NCBI RefSeq assembly: GCF_018350175.1
Contig: NC_058368.1
Location: 124,436,001 to 124,500,000, forward strand
DNA length: 64,000 nucleotides
Direction: 5' to 3'
Source: Felis catus
Taxonomy: Eukaryota
The position numbers and the translations under genes are program-made. Numbering within the stretch: position 1 is the stretch's first letter; the number at the start of each line of letters is the position of its first letter. Below are positions 62,961 through 64,000 of the stretch, in pieces. The notes beneath the pieces were generated by a model. It had not been told where the DNA came from. It saw only the letters and a list, made by a program, of their open reading frames with translations, and searched no databases.

Positions 62961-64000
62961 CTGATTTTCAAAACCATCCAAGCAAGAATACTGCTTCTGT
63001 AGTTTCTATTTTCAGTTTAATATTGTATGTCACATATCATTTTAACATTATATGACCCAGAACTCATAAGTACTAACTCATTATTACATTTATTTATAGA
63101 GACAAAACGTCTGAGTCTAGCACAATGAGGTTAAATTTATGTGACACCAAAGGATCAGTAAAGATAATAGCACTACACCACTCATGGTATAGAATTGGAT
63201 AGGACTTCAACAGGTCGTTTCATCATCCCTGTGCCTCAATTAAGTCAGTCCCCAAGTCTGTCTTCATTTCCCTCAGGTCTTTCTTTTTATGTCTCCTTCA
63301 GAATTCTGTGTAAATGACACCCTTTTCTGAGTGGTCATAGACAGTCTAAAATTTAAAGTTTTAAGAATAGTGTCCAATTCAGTATTCCTTGTCTGGCTTT
63401 GCCTTTTGACCTGGATCTAAAGTAATTGGATCTCTGATAAGTATTTAATGGCCTTGGGGACATGCAAAGAAGTGTGGGTCCTGCTCCGGATTAAAGGGTT
63501 TAGGAATCCAGGGAAGGCGCCACATTCCCGGGCTGTGTTAATTAGCCATGCCTGTTGCTAATAAGTCTCTGGAGATATTTTACGGGATCACAGAAGCAAT
63601 TTGTGATGCCCAGAGTGGGAGGGAAAAACAAAACCCTGGCTTTATGAATCTCTTAAAAAAGAACTTTGCCTTCTCTACAAAATCATTCTCCTTATAATTT
63701 AGATTTTTTTTTAAACCAGAACAACAGAGCATAGAAATCAAACCTCTATAATTCAAAGTGAATTATGGAAATGTATTTCTCTTTCTTCAGTTGTGTAATT
63801 CAATTCAGTGTTCTTACCCTTCAACAAAACCCTGACTATTATTAGCTGAAAGCATGAGTTTATAATCATTTTTTAAAATTCTGTGGATCTCATCCATGGA
63901 ATTTATTTGCTCTTCAATACTATCTTTCCCTCAAGGGACTCATTACTCGTTTACACATCTAGAAAGTAAATAATGTGCCATTAACTGGGAAAAAAAATGT

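Noticed and set aside
1..64000. A novel multi-gene or prokaryote-style system (operon, CRISPR array, defence locus)
   Set aside because: The sequence is repeat-rich mammalian non-coding DNA. There is no regularly spaced repeat-spacer array, and no ORF longer than 155 aa.

Overview
Mammalian non-coding genomic DNA, almost certainly a felid: carnivore tRNA-derived Can-SINEs are abundant, including a very young SINEC_Fc-type copy, and there are carnivore L1 3' ends. I recognise no intact protein-coding exon. The only gene-derived sequence is a disabled processed pseudogene of HNRNPF (CDS homology 47548-48776, 3'UTR, AATAAA and A-tail to ~49604, + strand), whose 3'UTR carries a later L1 insertion. 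The rest is interspersed repeats (about 19 Can-SINEs, several L1s, MIR, L2, MLT1, a MER34-like LTR, hAT and Tc1/mariner MITEs), microsatellites, and a few repeat-free, CpG-retaining stretches that may be regulatory. I cannot support a novel multi-gene biological system here. The most unusual structures are: (i) a ~190 bp segment present twice, 2 kb apart, with the second copy interrupting an old L1; (ii) a five-element nested transposon stack at 20.7-22.3 kb; (iii) a forward-inverted-forward micro-triplication at 32843-32883. Repeat family names come from recalled consensus sequences, not a database search, and old-repeat boundaries are approximate.
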